Assembly: GCA_963826535.1 (NCBI GenBank)
Contig: CAWGXL010000011.1
Location: 384,809-448,808, forward strand
Reading direction: 5' to 3'
DNA length: 64,000 nt
Source of the DNA: an uncultured bacterium
GTDB taxonomy: Bacteria > Patescibacteriota > Microgenomatia > Levybacterales > UBA12049
Positions 1 through 10,288 of the stretch are shown here, in pieces; the first letter of the stretch is position 1; each line of letters opens with the position of its first letter. The notes beneath the pieces are model-generated. The model had not been told where the DNA came from. It searched no databases and worked only from the letters and a program-made list of their open reading frames with translations. The translations under genes and the position numbers were made by a program.

Positions 1-1941
1 AGGAAATTTATTTTAGATCAAATTAATTTAGACCGTATAAAGCAGCTTGGGGCACATTATAGTGGATTGAATGATCCGGAAAAGAGGAAAAGAGCGGAGA
101 AACTGATTGATGCCAGCAAAAAGGAAGTTGGTGATATGTCAATAAAAGATCTCAAAGTTGCATTTGATAGTTCGAAAAAACTTGAGGAATTGTTATTGAA
201 TATTGCGAATGTGGCTTTGGGTAAGCGGATTGTCAGTGAGAAGGACAAGAGGGATTATAAGTTGGGAGACAAGGCGGTTACTACAGATGAGATAAAAAGG
301 GAAGTAAAAATACTAATGCGGAAGAATTTGAAGAAAGATTTTTTTGATCCACTGGCGGAGCTTGAGGTGGGGGGGGAGAAGATTGGAGATATGAAAGTTT
401 TGTTAGATAGAGAGAACGGTCAGGTAGTGACGAAGGAAGAATGGGATCAAATTGGTACAAATAAAAGCACGACGATAGGGGCAATAATGAATGAATTTGC
501 GAATTTTGGCAGTGACGTGGATTTAATAAAAAGCTATGAGGATGCTTGTAAGCAAGGGGACAATGCAACTATTGATAAGTATAAACAGATGTTCGAGCGG
601 AATGAGAGACTTGCGTTTGCCTTGCTGACAAAAGTGGCTAATATGTCCAGGAAAAGTTTAAACTTTTTTAACGCAACAACTCCTCCTAAGGCGTCTATAG
701 ATATTATGAGAGAGTCGCTTACGAAGAGCATTGGCGAAACTCATGGTTTGAATTTAGTTGAGGCAGATCTCGCCTGGATGTTTGCCTGGTATGGATCATC
801 TCCTTTAAGGATTAAGGCATGGAATAATACTTCAGGGGTCAGTAACGTCGATCAGGGCACACGTTTTGTGCGAACTTTGGAGTCATTGAATTCTGCACAA
901 GGACTGGGGACAATAGGGGGGATTTTTATGGGCGAGATTAATGCCACGGCGCCAGGGTCGGCACTGGTAACGATTGACGTTAAGCGTCCCGGTGAGAAGA
1001 ATGCCAAGCTGAATTTGGCCGGGATTATGCAGGGGAATGAGCCGGGGCAAAGCGCAAGAAAGATAGCTCATTTGTGGGATAGGAAATTGTCTAATGACAA
1101 TAATTCCTATTTGGTAGATTGGGATGATGAGCGAATTGGACTACTCAATAATTTACAAAATGGTAATAAGCTTTTTGATGAACTGCTTAAAAATCAGGAG
1201 ATGCATCTTCAGGCATGTGCTAAGTGGGATGAGAATGGGGTGCTGAGGATTGACCACACGAAAGCGGTAGAGATTTTTGACAATTGGTGGAATACGCTGC
1301 GGCAGATTTATGATCTGAATGGCATAGATTTTGATAAAGAGATCCGGATTGACGGGCGGGAAGTAACGATATTTGAGCACATGTTTGGCAAGAAGATTAA
1401 GGAGTCGAGGGATCTATTACATATATACTATGAGCAAAAGGCAGCTGAGCTTGAAAAGGATGCTGAAGGATTATTAGTAAGTAAGAAAAATTCAGAGAGG
1501 CTCAAAAAAGATGCTGAAGCATACAGGATGTATGCAGAGAGGATCAAGAAGGAGCCGGCGATCGCGGTCATGGCGTATATGGCAGCGACGGAAATACATG
1601 ATCATAGAAAAAAATTTAAAGGCACACATGAGGAGTGGCCAATGGATGAGATAGATAAAATTTGGGGGACTTTGGATCAATTTTTGCGCAGGTCAGGGAA
1701 GATTGATCGGCATGGTAATGAACTTGAAATTGAGGAAATGCCGTCTATGCTTCCATTTGGGGCATTAAATAAAGTATTGGGTGTGCATAAGGGCTGGTTT
1801 TTAAAGGACTCGACGGAGAAGTACGAGTTTTTTGATCTTTTATTCGCTTTTTGTGAAGGATTGGTAAACGGAGTTAAGGGAGGCCTGGAAGAGTTTTCAG
1901 ATGAAATTGTACAGCTTGAGAAAGTCGTTATAGGCCATTGA
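1..1941 (+). CDS. Large hypothetical protein, 5'-partial
   Basis: Frame is open from base 1 to TGA at 1939-1941, so the true start lies outside the window. No recognisable motif. Confidence 0.75.
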   Translation, partial: RKFILDQINLDRIKQLGAHYSGLNDPEKRKRAEKLIDASKKEVGDMSIKDLKVAFDSSKKLEELLLNIANVALGKRIVSEKDKRDYKLGDKAVTTDEIKREVKILMRKNLKKDFFDPLAELEVGGEKIGDMKVLLDRENGQVVTKEEWDQIGTNKSTTIGAIMNEFANFGSDVDLIKSYEDACKQGDNATIDKYKQMFERNERLAFALLTKVANMSRKSLNFFNATTPPKASIDIMRESLTKSIGETHGLNLVEADLAWMFAWYGSSPLRIKAWNNTSGVSNVDQGTRFVRTLESLNSAQGLGTIGGIFMGEINATAPGSALVTIDVKRPGEKNAKLNLAGIMQGNEPGQSARKIAHLWDRKLSNDNNSYLVDWDDERIGLLNNLQNGNKLFDELLKNQEMHLQACAKWDENGVLRIDHTKAVEIFDNWWNTLRQIYDLNGIDFDKEIRIDGREVTIFEHMFGKKIKESRDLLHIYYEQKAAELEKDAEGLLVSKKNSERLKKDAEAYRMYAERIKKEPAIAVMAYMAATEIHDHRKKFKGTHEEWPMDEIDKIWGTLDQFLRRSGKIDRHGNELEIEEMPSMLPFGALNKVLGVHKGWFLKDSTEKYEFFDLLFAFCEGLVNGVKGGLEEFSDEIVQLEKVVIGH

Positions 1942-1972
1942 CGACTAGAATATTTTTTGATTTATAATTGAG

Positions 1973-3937
1973 CTATCCGTGGCCGCCCGCTGTGCCTCCT
2001 CCGGGTGGCGTTCCTCCTCCAGAATGTCCTCCTGCATCCTGTCTATTCAGGCCGCCAAGGGCAGTGACTGCTTTACGGCGAATCTGTCTAAATCTGTTAC
2101 GAACGCCGGGTTTGACATCACCATTATCAAATGTTTCGGGCTTTTTACCCATAAGCTTGTTCCAGCCGGGGCCGGATTGTCGGGTATAGGGATTTTTCCA
2201 GAAAGCTGTATTCCACGCCCGCTGGCCTAGGCCTTTGGCAGGAGCGGATCCGCCAGCTACACTATTGGCAATAGTGGCGGCTGCCATCTTGCCTTGTTGA
2301 CCTGAAGCGTGAACACTTTCTTTTATAATTTCGAGTAAGCCGGGGGTGGCCAAAAGCAAGCCAAATGCAAGGAGGGTGCCGAAGTACTGCATGTTGGGAT
2401 TACCAACGAGGGGTGGCACGAAATTGTTGACTGCCGCGTTATTGTTGAACGCGTTCATTAGTATAGCGGCAGTGGTAAGCAGTAAGGCTGTGGCAGGGAA
2501 TATTGCAAGGTTGGCAAATATCCTTCTGAACCATTTTCCAAAGCCAAGATATGGTTTTCCCTCGCGGTCTCTGGCGGGAAGGAGGCCCATGATGATCCAA
2601 AGCGGTCCACTGATGGCGTAGAGGATTATCATGACATAAGCTTTGAGGAGCACAAACCAGATGCGGAAAAGCATGAAAAGGATGATGCAGGCGACTATGA
2701 GTACGGCGATTATTGTGGTAAGGAAGCTTAATGTAGTACTTATAACATATGAAACGCAACTATTGTCCTTACCGGGCGGATCTTGTTCTCCGCTCCAATA
2801 TGCCGGGGTAAACCATTTGATTATTGGAACATCTTTAAAGTAGGTGCCCCAATTGCATTCTATCTCCCCTGTATTTCCGGTAACAGCTTTTACCAATGTA
2901 TTTCCTACTATTCCTCCCATAGCGATAGATACGTTCCAGCTTGTTCCCCAAACGCCATCATCACATTCGATGCCACCTGTACCACCTGTGACGGGTATGG
3001 GGACATCGACTTCCTGCTCGAGGAGGGAATCTCCGTAAGAGAAGGGCGTATTTACTAAGCCCTGGCTAGCGCGTTTTTGGAGGGTTTCGTTAGTGCAGCC
3101 GAGGGGGTTGGTGATGACGGGGTTAGCTTGAGTGATGAGGTTGATACCCGTATAAGTTGAAAGCCACATGATATCAATCATAAGTCCTACAATGGCATAG
3201 GAGAAGGTGATCAGTAGAATGCTGATAATTACGCGGGGGATTTGATTCTGGATTGTCATGACAGTGCGGGGATCAATTTTTACGCGCAGCATAATGGCCA
3301 GGCCGATAATAACAAAGATGATCACAAAGATAAGGTAGGAAAGATTGCGTACAGCAATCCAGATATTCTGAATGGGCTGCAAGGCTTCGAAGCCGTTGAC
3401 TTGGGCGTGAGCCGGCTCGACGACGCCAAAATTATTGGAAAGATAACGCACATAATCCAGAGAAGATGCCGGTGGTGTATATATTTGGGCAAACATTCCG
3501 GGCGCGATCCCAAGCAGTCCGCCGAGTTGAGGTTGTCCATCGGCGGGAGGCGATAAGCCTAATTTATGTGTTTGGGGGTCTATGCCCAAGCAGCCTTGGG
3601 CGGGGGTGATAGGATCTATGCCGGTTACCAGGCAGAACGTGGCGGAGATGACTTCAATCATAACTGACTGCGCGAAGGTGTGTTGATTACGGGGGACATC
3701 GGGATTGAGTTCAGGCCTATTATATTGGGGGTTATTGGTATTTTGAGCCACTTCAATTGCAGCTAGTGCATTTGAGGATATTGCGTTGGGAGCAATGGCG
3801 AGCAAGAAAATTGAGAGAAAGACGGAAGCAAAACCGAAAATAAATGAATTTCTCCGCGGGGTCGGATCATACGATCCGATTAAAACAGGAAAATGCATAG
3901 TATATTTACTATAGATAATTTTTTTGGGCAAAGTCAA
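1973..3937 (-). CDS. Multi-pass membrane protein, TrbL/VirB6-like CPR family
   Basis: 654 aa with many hydrophobic segments, a W..VRNLSY.IFVIIF..IG..IM.R segment and a Gly-rich tail; family call is by resemblance. Start may be slightly downstream. Confidence 0.55.
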   Translation of the reverse strand: MTLPKKIIYSKYTMHFPVLIGSYDPTPRRNSFIFGFASVFLSIFLLAIAPNAISSNALAAIEVAQNTNNPQYNRPELNPDVPRNQHTFAQSVMIEVISATFCLVTGIDPITPAQGCLGIDPQTHKLGLSPPADGQPQLGGLLGIAPGMFAQIYTPPASSLDYVRYLSNNFGVVEPAHAQVNGFEALQPIQNIWIAVRNLSYLIFVIIFVIIGLAIMLRVKIDPRTVMTIQNQIPRVIISILLITFSYAIVGLMIDIMWLSTYTGINLITQANPVITNPLGCTNETLQKRASQGLVNTPFSYGDSLLEQEVDVPIPVTGGTGGIECDDGVWGTSWNVSIAMGGIVGNTLVKAVTGNTGEIECNWGTYFKDVPIIKWFTPAYWSGEQDPPGKDNSCVSYVISTTLSFLTTIIAVLIVACIILFMLFRIWFVLLKAYVMIILYAISGPLWIIMGLLPARDREGKPYLGFGKWFRRIFANLAIFPATALLLTTAAILMNAFNNNAAVNNFVPPLVGNPNMQYFGTLLAFGLLLATPGLLEIIKESVHASGQQGKMAAATIANSVAGGSAPAKGLGQRAWNTAFWKNPYTRQSGPGWNKLMGKKPETFDNGDVKPGVRNRFRQIRRKAVTALGGLNRQDAGGHSGGGTPPGGGTAGGHG

Positions 3938-3974
3938 GTGTGCCCGCCTTCGCTGGCGCTACGGCGAGGTGAAA

Positions 3975-4040
3975 GCGGAAGGGGGGAGATTCGTCCAGTC
4001 ATTCGACTGGACGCAGGGTCGAATGACCCTGCGAACCCAT
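3975..4040 (-). repeat. Degenerate tRNA-Ser 3'-end copy interrupted by two tandem hairpin units
   Basis: gcggaaggggggagattcg...aacccat resembles gcggaggaggtgggatttgaacccac (4285-4310). Hairpins cgtccagtc-attc-gactggacg and cgcagggtc-gaat-gaccctgcg sit in the T-loop position. Confidence 0.55.
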
Positions 4041-4283
4041 TAATACATCTCGATATTGTTGTCTAAATAGGCGTTTTCCTTCCGTTGTTTTAATAAATCT
4101 TTCTCTTCTTAAAGCATCAGACTTTAGCAAATATGCCTCATATGCAATTAGTTTCACTGGTCTAAAATTTTTAGTTGATTGAACTTTGCCGTTTTGATGA
4201 TTTTTAATTCTTAAGCGGAGATCTGATGTACATCCTTTATAAACATCTCTATTAGCAAGGAGAAGGAAGTAAACATATTGCAT
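3999..4283 (-). CDS. Small GIY-YIG nuclease family protein
   Basis: MQYVYFL...YKGCTSDLRLR...H...T...RP..L...E...A..RE pattern. Start moved to ATG 4283 because the longer ORF overlaps the tRNA. Confidence 0.85.
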   Translation of the reverse strand: MQYVYFLLLANRDVYKGCTSDLRLRIKNHQNGKVQSTKNFRPVKLIAYEAYLLKSDALRRERFIKTTEGKRLFRQQYRDVLMGSQGHSTLRPVE

Positions 4284-4285
4284 AG

Positions 4286-4369
4286 CGGAGGAGGTGGGAT
4301 TTGAACCCACGTGAGCTTTCGCTCGCGCGCTTTCCAAGCGCGTGGAATGAACCGCTATCCGACTCCTCC
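4286..4369 (-). tRNA. tRNA-Ser(GGA)
   Basis: GGAGGAG/CTCCTCC acceptor stem, CGCGC-TTGGAAA-GCGCG anticodon arm, long variable arm, GGTTCAAATCC T-arm. Confidence 0.95.
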
Positions 4370-4379
4370 AATTAAATAT

Positions 4380-4796
4380 CTAAATAAGTTTTTTTGCTTC
4401 AGCCCAAACTTGCTTGTCTGCTTTATATGTTAAGCGCTTTTCTACTTCATTGATGGCTAACCATTCCACGTTTTCCATTTCGGTGTCGTGCTGGGTAATA
4501 TCCCCTGCGACGTATTTCATAAGGAAATAATATACTGTTTTTTTGATTTTTTCTTTCTTCCAAACATACCAGTAGGAAACGGGTGGCAGGGTTTTGATAA
4601 TTTTTCCGTGTGCTCCTGTTTCTTCTTTTACTTCCCGTATCGCTGTTGCCTCTTTGCTTTCATTTTCGATCTGATCGCCGATAATTCCTTTGGGAAATAC
4701 CCAGCCATGATGCTGGGAATGCTGGCAGAGAAGTACCCAGATTTTATTGTCTTCTTTCTTATAGAGCACACCGCCGGCTGAGAATTCGAATTTCAT
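4380..4796 (-). CDS. NUDIX hydrolase
   Basis: SAGGV start and Nudix box FPKG...E...TAIREVKEETG. Confidence 0.9.
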   Translation of the reverse strand: MKFEFSAGGVLYKKEDNKIWVLLCQHSQHHGWVFPKGIIGDQIENESKEATAIREVKEETGAHGKIIKTLPPVSYWYVWKKEKIKKTVYYFLMKYVAGDITQHDTEMENVEWLAINEVEKRLTYKADKQVWAEAKKLI

Positions 4797-4884
4797 AAGG
4801 TAATTGAGATTATTCTGTAAGGTTGGTATCAAGCTACCAGAGATAATATTTTCTATACTTACGAAGCTATTATAACGAATTTGC

Positions 4885-6138
4885 TTGACTTTTGCAGCAA
4901 TTTCGAGGAAGATAAATATGAAAAAAGAAGGAATTATTATGGGAGGAGAATCGGGAGATATGAATAGTGGACCAGGGCAACCAGAGAATAATCAACCACC
5001 GGATAAGTCGCAGGTAAAGGAGGTTGTATCAGGAAGTGAGGGGACAGCTGGCTCAGAGAAGGCTCAATCGAAGAGTGATCAGCAAGGGAAAAATAATCCA
5101 GCTAGAGCACGGCCTCCGGAGACTGGCAAGAAAGCGGTGGAAGATGGTGAATTAGGAAGTAAGGAGGCGGGGGGTTCAAAGGAGGCTCCATGGGAGAGAG
5201 TTATTCGGGAGCGTCATTCCCGTAGAACACTCCCTACGGAGACTGATAAGGGTGAAGCCGGAGCTAAAATGGATCCTGCAGAAAAAATGTTAATAAAATT
5301 CGAGAATATATTGGGGGAGACTGAGTTGGGGAAAAATATTAGATTTGCGAACGAACTGCTATTTCATCCGGATTCTTTTCATCCTGATGATCTGGAGGCT
5401 TTATTAGGGTTTGAGACAGAAGTTACGGGTGAGGACGGAAAACCTATAAAAATGAATATGGTCGATATTGGCCACGGATTAATTGATGAATTTAGAAATG
5501 GAAAATTATTTGGCAGGAGAAGTTTTCAACTATTAAAGGCAGCGGGAAAATTGCGGAAACAGGTTAATGCTTCAGGGAAGAAAGGATCAGACATGGACGT
5601 TTTGACAGGAGAGAAAGCAGACGATAGGAGCGAGAAGGTGGCGCAAAATGCGCTTGACGCATTGGAGCGAGGGGAAGAAATAGATAAAGTTGTAGAAGCA
5701 ATAGACGCAGATCAACTTAGAGAGGAAATGGGATTAAGTGAACAACAAGTAAAGGATCTAGCTTCGCAGGTCTTCGGTGATACGATGCCAGCACCGGGAG
5801 CTGGCGATAGAGGCGGTCAGGATGTTTTACCTACACAAGGCTCAACAGATACCAGTACCACTTCAACTGGCGGTGGAGCAGAAGGAGGGGGAACGGTACC
5901 GCCAGTTGCTCCGCTTAGTAGAGGAGAGGGAGTGCCTAGAATTTCACCAGAAGAACTGGATAGATTAAAGAAGAGTAGTTCGGATTGGTTAGATAAAGTG
6001 GATTTTGGTGCGTGGGGTTATAACGCCGGTATGTTAGCGCTTATACTTATGCTTATGTATTTAGGAGCTATGGGTAGCATGGCAAGATTTCTGGAAAGAA
6101 ACTCAGAGAGAACGAGAGCCCAGGTTCAGAATGTTTAA
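4885..6138 (+). CDS. Hypothetical protein with C-terminal transmembrane helix
   Basis: 417-aa ORF, low-complexity N-terminus, one hydrophobic segment near the end. Start uncertain. Confidence 0.75.
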   Translation: MTFAAISRKINMKKEGIIMGGESGDMNSGPGQPENNQPPDKSQVKEVVSGSEGTAGSEKAQSKSDQQGKNNPARARPPETGKKAVEDGELGSKEAGGSKEAPWERVIRERHSRRTLPTETDKGEAGAKMDPAEKMLIKFENILGETELGKNIRFANELLFHPDSFHPDDLEALLGFETEVTGEDGKPIKMNMVDIGHGLIDEFRNGKLFGRRSFQLLKAAGKLRKQVNASGKKGSDMDVLTGEKADDRSEKVAQNALDALERGEEIDKVVEAIDADQLREEMGLSEQQVKDLASQVFGDTMPAPGAGDRGGQDVLPTQGSTDTSTTSTGGGAEGGGTVPPVAPLSRGEGVPRISPEELDRLKKSSSDWLDKVDFGAWGYNAGMLALILMLMYLGAMGSMARFLERNSERTRAQVQNV

Positions 6139-6144
6139 TTTTTG

Positions 6145-6218
6145 TGCTCTTGAGGGGGGTCGAACCCCTACTCGCCAGATCCGGAATCTGGTGCTTTATC
6201 CAATTAAGCTACAAGAGC
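6145..6218 (-). tRNA. tRNA-Arg(CCG)
   Basis: GCTCTTG/CAAGAGC acceptor stem, CCAGA-TTCCGGA-TCTGG anticodon arm, GGTTCGACCC T-arm. Confidence 0.93.
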
Positions 6219-6304
6219 AAGAGGTAAGGTGCGATCTATTGTAGCAAAAAAAATAAGTTTTTTCTTCCTTGACGCGATTAGTATAAATCGGTTAAATTAG
6301 AAGT

Positions 6305-6877
6305 ATGCTCGAAGAATTACAACAAAAAGAAATAAAAATAGAAGAAAAAGTAAAGGAATCTCCAGATACATATCCCGATGTCAATACATTGATCTCATGG
6401 CATGCTCCTGGCAGGCCGTTTAAAACGCACTCAAAAGAATATTTCGTAAATATTTTTCTTATTACAGTTGCTATTGAGGTAATTGTATTTCTATTTCACA
6501 TGTATTTGCTTATGCTTGTTATTTTATCCCTAGCATTTCTTGCTTTTGCTTTGGCAATTGTGCCTCCACATATGTTTTATTACAAAATTACCAGCGAAGG
6601 AATTAGAATTGAAGACAGTTTTTTTATTTGGGATGAGCTTTATGATTTCTACTTTACCAAACAAAACGGTATTGAGTTAGTAAAAATAGGTACAAAGTCT
6701 TATTTCCCTGGTGAACTTACGCTTATGCTGGGTGATATTACGCCTCAACAACTAAAAATGGCTCTAATATCTTATCTTCCATTTCGTGAGTATGTCAAGC
6801 CTACCTTTACTCAGAAAGCCGGGGACTGGCTGGAAAAGAATTTCCCCCTCGAAAAAACTTCACACGAACTTCATTGA
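6305..6877 (+). CDS. Conserved CPR membrane protein (two TM helices plus PH-like domain, DUF5673-like)
   Basis: LISWHAP, two TM helices, then Y.IT.EGI.I...F..W.EL. Confidence 0.7.
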   Translation: MLEELQQKEIKIEEKVKESPDTYPDVNTLISWHAPGRPFKTHSKEYFVNIFLITVAIEVIVFLFHMYLLMLVILSLAFLAFALAIVPPHMFYYKITSEGIRIEDSFFIWDELYDFYFTKQNGIELVKIGTKSYFPGELTLMLGDITPQQLKMALISYLPFREYVKPTFTQKAGDWLEKNFPLEKTSHELH

Positions 6878-6937
6878 CCCTATTTGTGTATCGGGTGGCA
6901 ATCGAGTAAAATACTTCTTATAATAAATGGCTAATTT

Positions 6938-7011
6938 GTGCCCGTAGCTCAGGTGGATAGAGCACGACGTTGCGGACGTCGGGGTCGAAGGTTCGAATCC
7001 TTTCGGGCACA
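6938..7011 (+). tRNA. tRNA-Arg(GCG)
   Basis: GTGCCCG/CGGGCAC acceptor stem, CGACG-TTGCGGA-CGTCG anticodon arm, GGTTCGAATCC. Confidence 0.95.
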
Positions 7012-7122
7012 CATTCTTAGCTTTCTGCTTTCAGCTGTCAGCTATTAGATTTCAGTTGCCGGAGAAAACAATTTTATATGTTGATGTCAAAAAGCAGATA
7101 GCCAATAGCTGAAGGCTAGATT

Positions 7123-7207
7123 GGAGGGTTCGCATAGTGGTTAATTGCTCGAGTTTCGAAAACTCGTGGGAGAAATCCCTACACAGGTTCGAATCCTGTA
7201 CCCTCCG
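7123..7207 (+). tRNA. tRNA-Ser(CGA)
   Basis: GGAGGGT/ACCCTCC acceptor stem, CGAGT-TTCGAAA-ACTCG anticodon arm, long variable arm. Confidence 0.95.
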
Positions 7208-7289
7208 CAGCTTCAAATCGGGTAAAATGCGAATCAGCCAATTCTAATAGAAATTAGGCAGGAAGTAGAAATTTTGCTAAAATTAATGC

Positions 7290-7631
7290 ATGAATTATTT
7301 AGGAGATGTACTCAATAAATTACCCGGTATTGTGCTTATAATTATTGCAGCTTCTTGTGTAATTACCGGTGATTATTTTGCTAAGTCGTGGTCAGTAACA
7401 CATCGGCAAATTTTTTACGTACTCGCACTTGTGGCATATTTGGGATAAGGTCTATTTTATACTCCAGTGTTACTAAAACAAGGATTAATAACCAGTTCAC
7501 TTATATGGAGTATTTTATCAATTGCGGGATTTGTCTTTATTGGTTTTATTATATTTCATGAAACGCTTACTAAATTACAGATAGGAGGTATGATCTTAGG
7601 AATTATATCGGTAATAATATTGAGTATATAA
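7290..7631 (+). pseudogene. SMR/DMT-like four-TM transporter with one internal TAA
   Basis: Manual translation: MNYLGDVLNKLPGIVLIIIAASCVITGDYFAKSW...LVAYLG*GLFYTPVLLKQGL...IWSILS...IIFHETLTKLQIGGMILGIISVIILSI. Stop at 7446-7448; frame otherwise intact. Confidence 0.75.
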
Positions 7632-7717
7632 TAATGATTTTTTATTTATTCATCACATATTTTTTTCGAGGAACGATAAATGTGTAAAATGGTGTAAATG
7701 AATTGTATTGTGTTGGT

Positions 7718-8458
7718 TTAGAGTTTAAAAAATGTGCCGACGATGTAGGCGATTAAGGCTGCTGTTCCTCCGATGACTATAATTTCAAAAACAGATCTGA
7801 TGGCGCTTTCTTTGGTGGTGCTGTAGCGAAGTATGCCGAGAAGGATGAGGGCTATGACTGCGGCGGCAATCGAATATAGAAAGGTGTAGGGGGCGTCTTG
7901 TGCGATTATATACGGAATAAGTGGAATAAATCCGAAAGCTACAAATGAAAGACAAGTTGCAAGACCTGTGGCAAATGGATTTTCTTTTGTAGGATTAGGC
8001 AGCTCAAGTTCGTCATTCATCATAAACTGCAGCCAGTATTTTTCATTGGTCATATAGATTTCGGCGAGTTCTTTAGCTTGTTTTGGGGTAAAACCTTTCA
8101 TCGTCATAATTTCGATAGTTTCCTCTTTTTCCATTTCCGGGTGATTGCGGATTTCATGGAGTTCTTTGTCTTGTTGCGCATTATAGACGTCTTTTTCCGA
8201 ACGGAGGGAAAGGTAGTTGCTAAGTCCCATGGAAGCACCATCAGCAAGGAGATTCGCAAGGCCGAACAGGAGGACTGTCAAATATGAAAGAGATGCGACA
8301 TTGTTGGATTGCGCGCCTGTGAAGCCGGCGACAACTGCAAATGTCGTGACAATACCGTCAGTGCCGCCGTAGACAATTTCTTTGAGATAGGTTTGAACCG
8401 GTGAGATTTTGTGTTCCTTGTTAAGATGCTCTTTGAGGTCGATTGCTGTTTCTGGCAT
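7718..8458 (-). CDS. VIT1/CCC1 family iron/manganese transporter
   Basis: IVYGGTDGIVTTFAVVAG and ANLLADGASMG motifs. Confidence 0.92.
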   Translation of the reverse strand: MPETAIDLKEHLNKEHKISPVQTYLKEIVYGGTDGIVTTFAVVAGFTGAQSNNVASLSYLTVLLFGLANLLADGASMGLSNYLSLRSEKDVYNAQQDKELHEIRNHPEMEKEETIEIMTMKGFTPKQAKELAEIYMTNEKYWLQFMMNDELELPNPTKENPFATGLATCLSFVAFGFIPLIPYIIAQDAPYTFLYSIAAAVIALILLGILRYSTTKESAIRSVFEIIVIGGTAALIAYIVGTFFKL

Positions 8459-8600
8459 ATGGTTATTGTAGCATTATTGTTTTATTTATATCTATAATTG
8501 GGGTACGTAAGTTGAAAATAAAGTTGAGGATTATTGACTTGGCGGGAAATTGTTATTTTCCTTCGCACATTCGATCTGCTGATCTCAGTACTTCCTCGCT

Positions 8601-9554
8601 CTACGCTCGGTCGTATGCCCTTTTGAGCGTGGCGATATCAAATTTTTTCATTTTGAGAAACGCCTCAGTCACCCGCCCAATTTTTTCTTTGTCTTTGCTT
8701 TTCATCATTTCGTCCATAACGCTCGGAACTATTTGCCACGACAGGCCGTATTTGTCTTTGAGCCAACCGCATTGTTCTGCTTCCGGAACCGCAGAGAGCT
8801 TTTCCCAGTAATAGTCAATTTCTTTTTGTGTATCGCAGCGTACTATAAATGAGATAGACTCGTTGAAATTGAAATTATGCTCATGCGCGCTATCCATGGC
8901 TCCGAATTCCTGCCCATCGAGGGAGAACGCCGCATACTTAACTGTTCCTTCTTTGTCAGGCTCCTCGCCTTTGCCGTAGCGGGCAAGAATGTTTGCTTTT
9001 GCACTATGTCCTCCAGAGGCGGATCCGTCTTTGGCGGAGAATACAGATGCGTAAAAGTTAACAGCTTCTTCAGCTTTGCCGCACACTTTGTCGACAAACA
9101 TGCAAACGGGGACAATTCTAGGTTTAATTTGAGCCTTGTCGACATATATAATCTGCCATGATAGTCCATATTTGTCTTTTGTCCATCCATATCTTTTACT
9201 GAAGGGATAGCTTCCAAGTTCCATAAGCACTTTTCCGCCATCCGATAATTTTTTCCATATAGCGTCAACTTCTTCTATTGTATTGCATTTGACATGAAAA
9301 GAAATGGAGGGGTTGAATTTGAAAAGCGGGCCGGCGCTGATTGCCATAAATTCGTACCCGAGGAGATCAAATGTGACAATATCCACCGAGCCTGAAGGAG
9401 TGTTTTCAAGCGTTGTCAGGTTTTTTATTTTTGAATCTCCAGCTCCCCCCGAGGAGGATCCGCCTATGGCGGAAATGGTGGAAACGTAAAACTCGGCTGC
9501 CTCCTTCGCTTCTTTGTCATACCATAAATGGGGTGTAATTTTTTGTTTATCCAT
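8601..9554 (-). CDS. Tandem-domain VOC (PhnB-like) protein
   Basis: [15 protein letters not shown], duplicated [12 protein letters not shown], terminal MKKFDIATL. Confidence 0.9.
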   Translation of the reverse strand: MDKQKITPHLWYDKEAKEAAEFYVSTISAIGGSSSGGAGDSKIKNLTTLENTPSGSVDIVTFDLLGYEFMAISAGPLFKFNPSISFHVKCNTIEEVDAIWKKLSDGGKVLMELGSYPFSKRYGWTKDKYGLSWQIIYVDKAQIKPRIVPVCMFVDKVCGKAEEAVNFYASVFSAKDGSASGGHSAKANILARYGKGEEPDKEGTVKYAAFSLDGQEFGAMDSAHEHNFNFNESISFIVRCDTQKEIDYYWEKLSAVPEAEQCGWLKDKYGLSWQIVPSVMDEMMKSKDKEKIGRVTEAFLKMKKFDIATLKRAYDRA

Positions 9555-9571
9555 AAGAGCTTCTGAAGTTG

Positions 9572-9970
9572 TTAAGCGTCAACGATTACCTTGAAGCCGC
9601 CGTAGGCCGTGCGCTTCATATCAAAAGGCATAGTAACATCTTTGAATTTTTCTGCCTGCTTATCCATTTCTGCATTCACTTTTTTATTTACTTCGTCTCG
9701 GTGCGCACGTGATTTGTAGGTGATGTATGAGAACCATACGGTTTCGTTTTTTTTAGCTTTTGTCATTTTCGAAAAGGTCAGTGCCGGCATTTTTTCCATG
9801 TTCGGATTAAGATCGTCGCCCATGCATTCTTTGTAATCAAGCGCACCATATTTTATCCACATTTTCCCCGCATCCTGAGCCATTTTTCGATATGCAGCCA
9901 CGTTCTTTTTGGGAACTACCAAAACAAATCCATCTACATATGTTGTTTTGTCTTTTGCCATATATTTCAA
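9572..9970 (-). CDS. DUF1428 family protein
   Basis: [45 protein letters not shown]. Confidence 0.9.
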   Translation of the reverse strand: MKYMAKDKTTYVDGFVLVVPKKNVAAYRKMAQDAGKMWIKYGALDYKECMGDDLNPNMEKMPALTFSKMTKAKKNETVWFSYITYKSRAHRDEVNKKVNAEMDKQAEKFKDVTMPFDMKRTAYGGFKVIVDA

Positions 9971-10126
9971 TTATATATTTACAGTATTCCCCGGTAAAAA
10001 TCAAGACCAAAAATGATAAATTTACCTTGTTCTTACATTTTTATGTAGAAAGTTTATGTTGCAAGTTTTTTTCAGAGCTGTTTGTTATGTAGAAAATAGG
10101 GGGGGGAGGTTGTATAATGGGGCGAC

Positions 10127-10217
10127 GGAGGAGTCGCATAGTTGGTCCATTGCGGGGGGTTGCTAACCCCCTGAGCCCTTTAACAGGCTCGCGCAGGTTC
10201 GAATCCTGTCTCCTCCG
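10127..10217 (+). tRNA. tRNA-Ser(GCT)
   Basis: GGAGGAG/CTCCTCC acceptor stem, GGGGG-TTGCTAA-CCCCC anticodon arm, long variable arm. Confidence 0.95.
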
Positions 10218-10288
10218 CTGTGTCAAACGTGATTGGGACTTTTGACCCCCCGTCAACTTCTGGATTTTGCTACACTTTAGTTAGATAT

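Noticed and set aside
7446-7448. Stop-codon reassignment
   Set aside because: Single case only; TAA, TAG and TGA all end conserved genes at expected positions.
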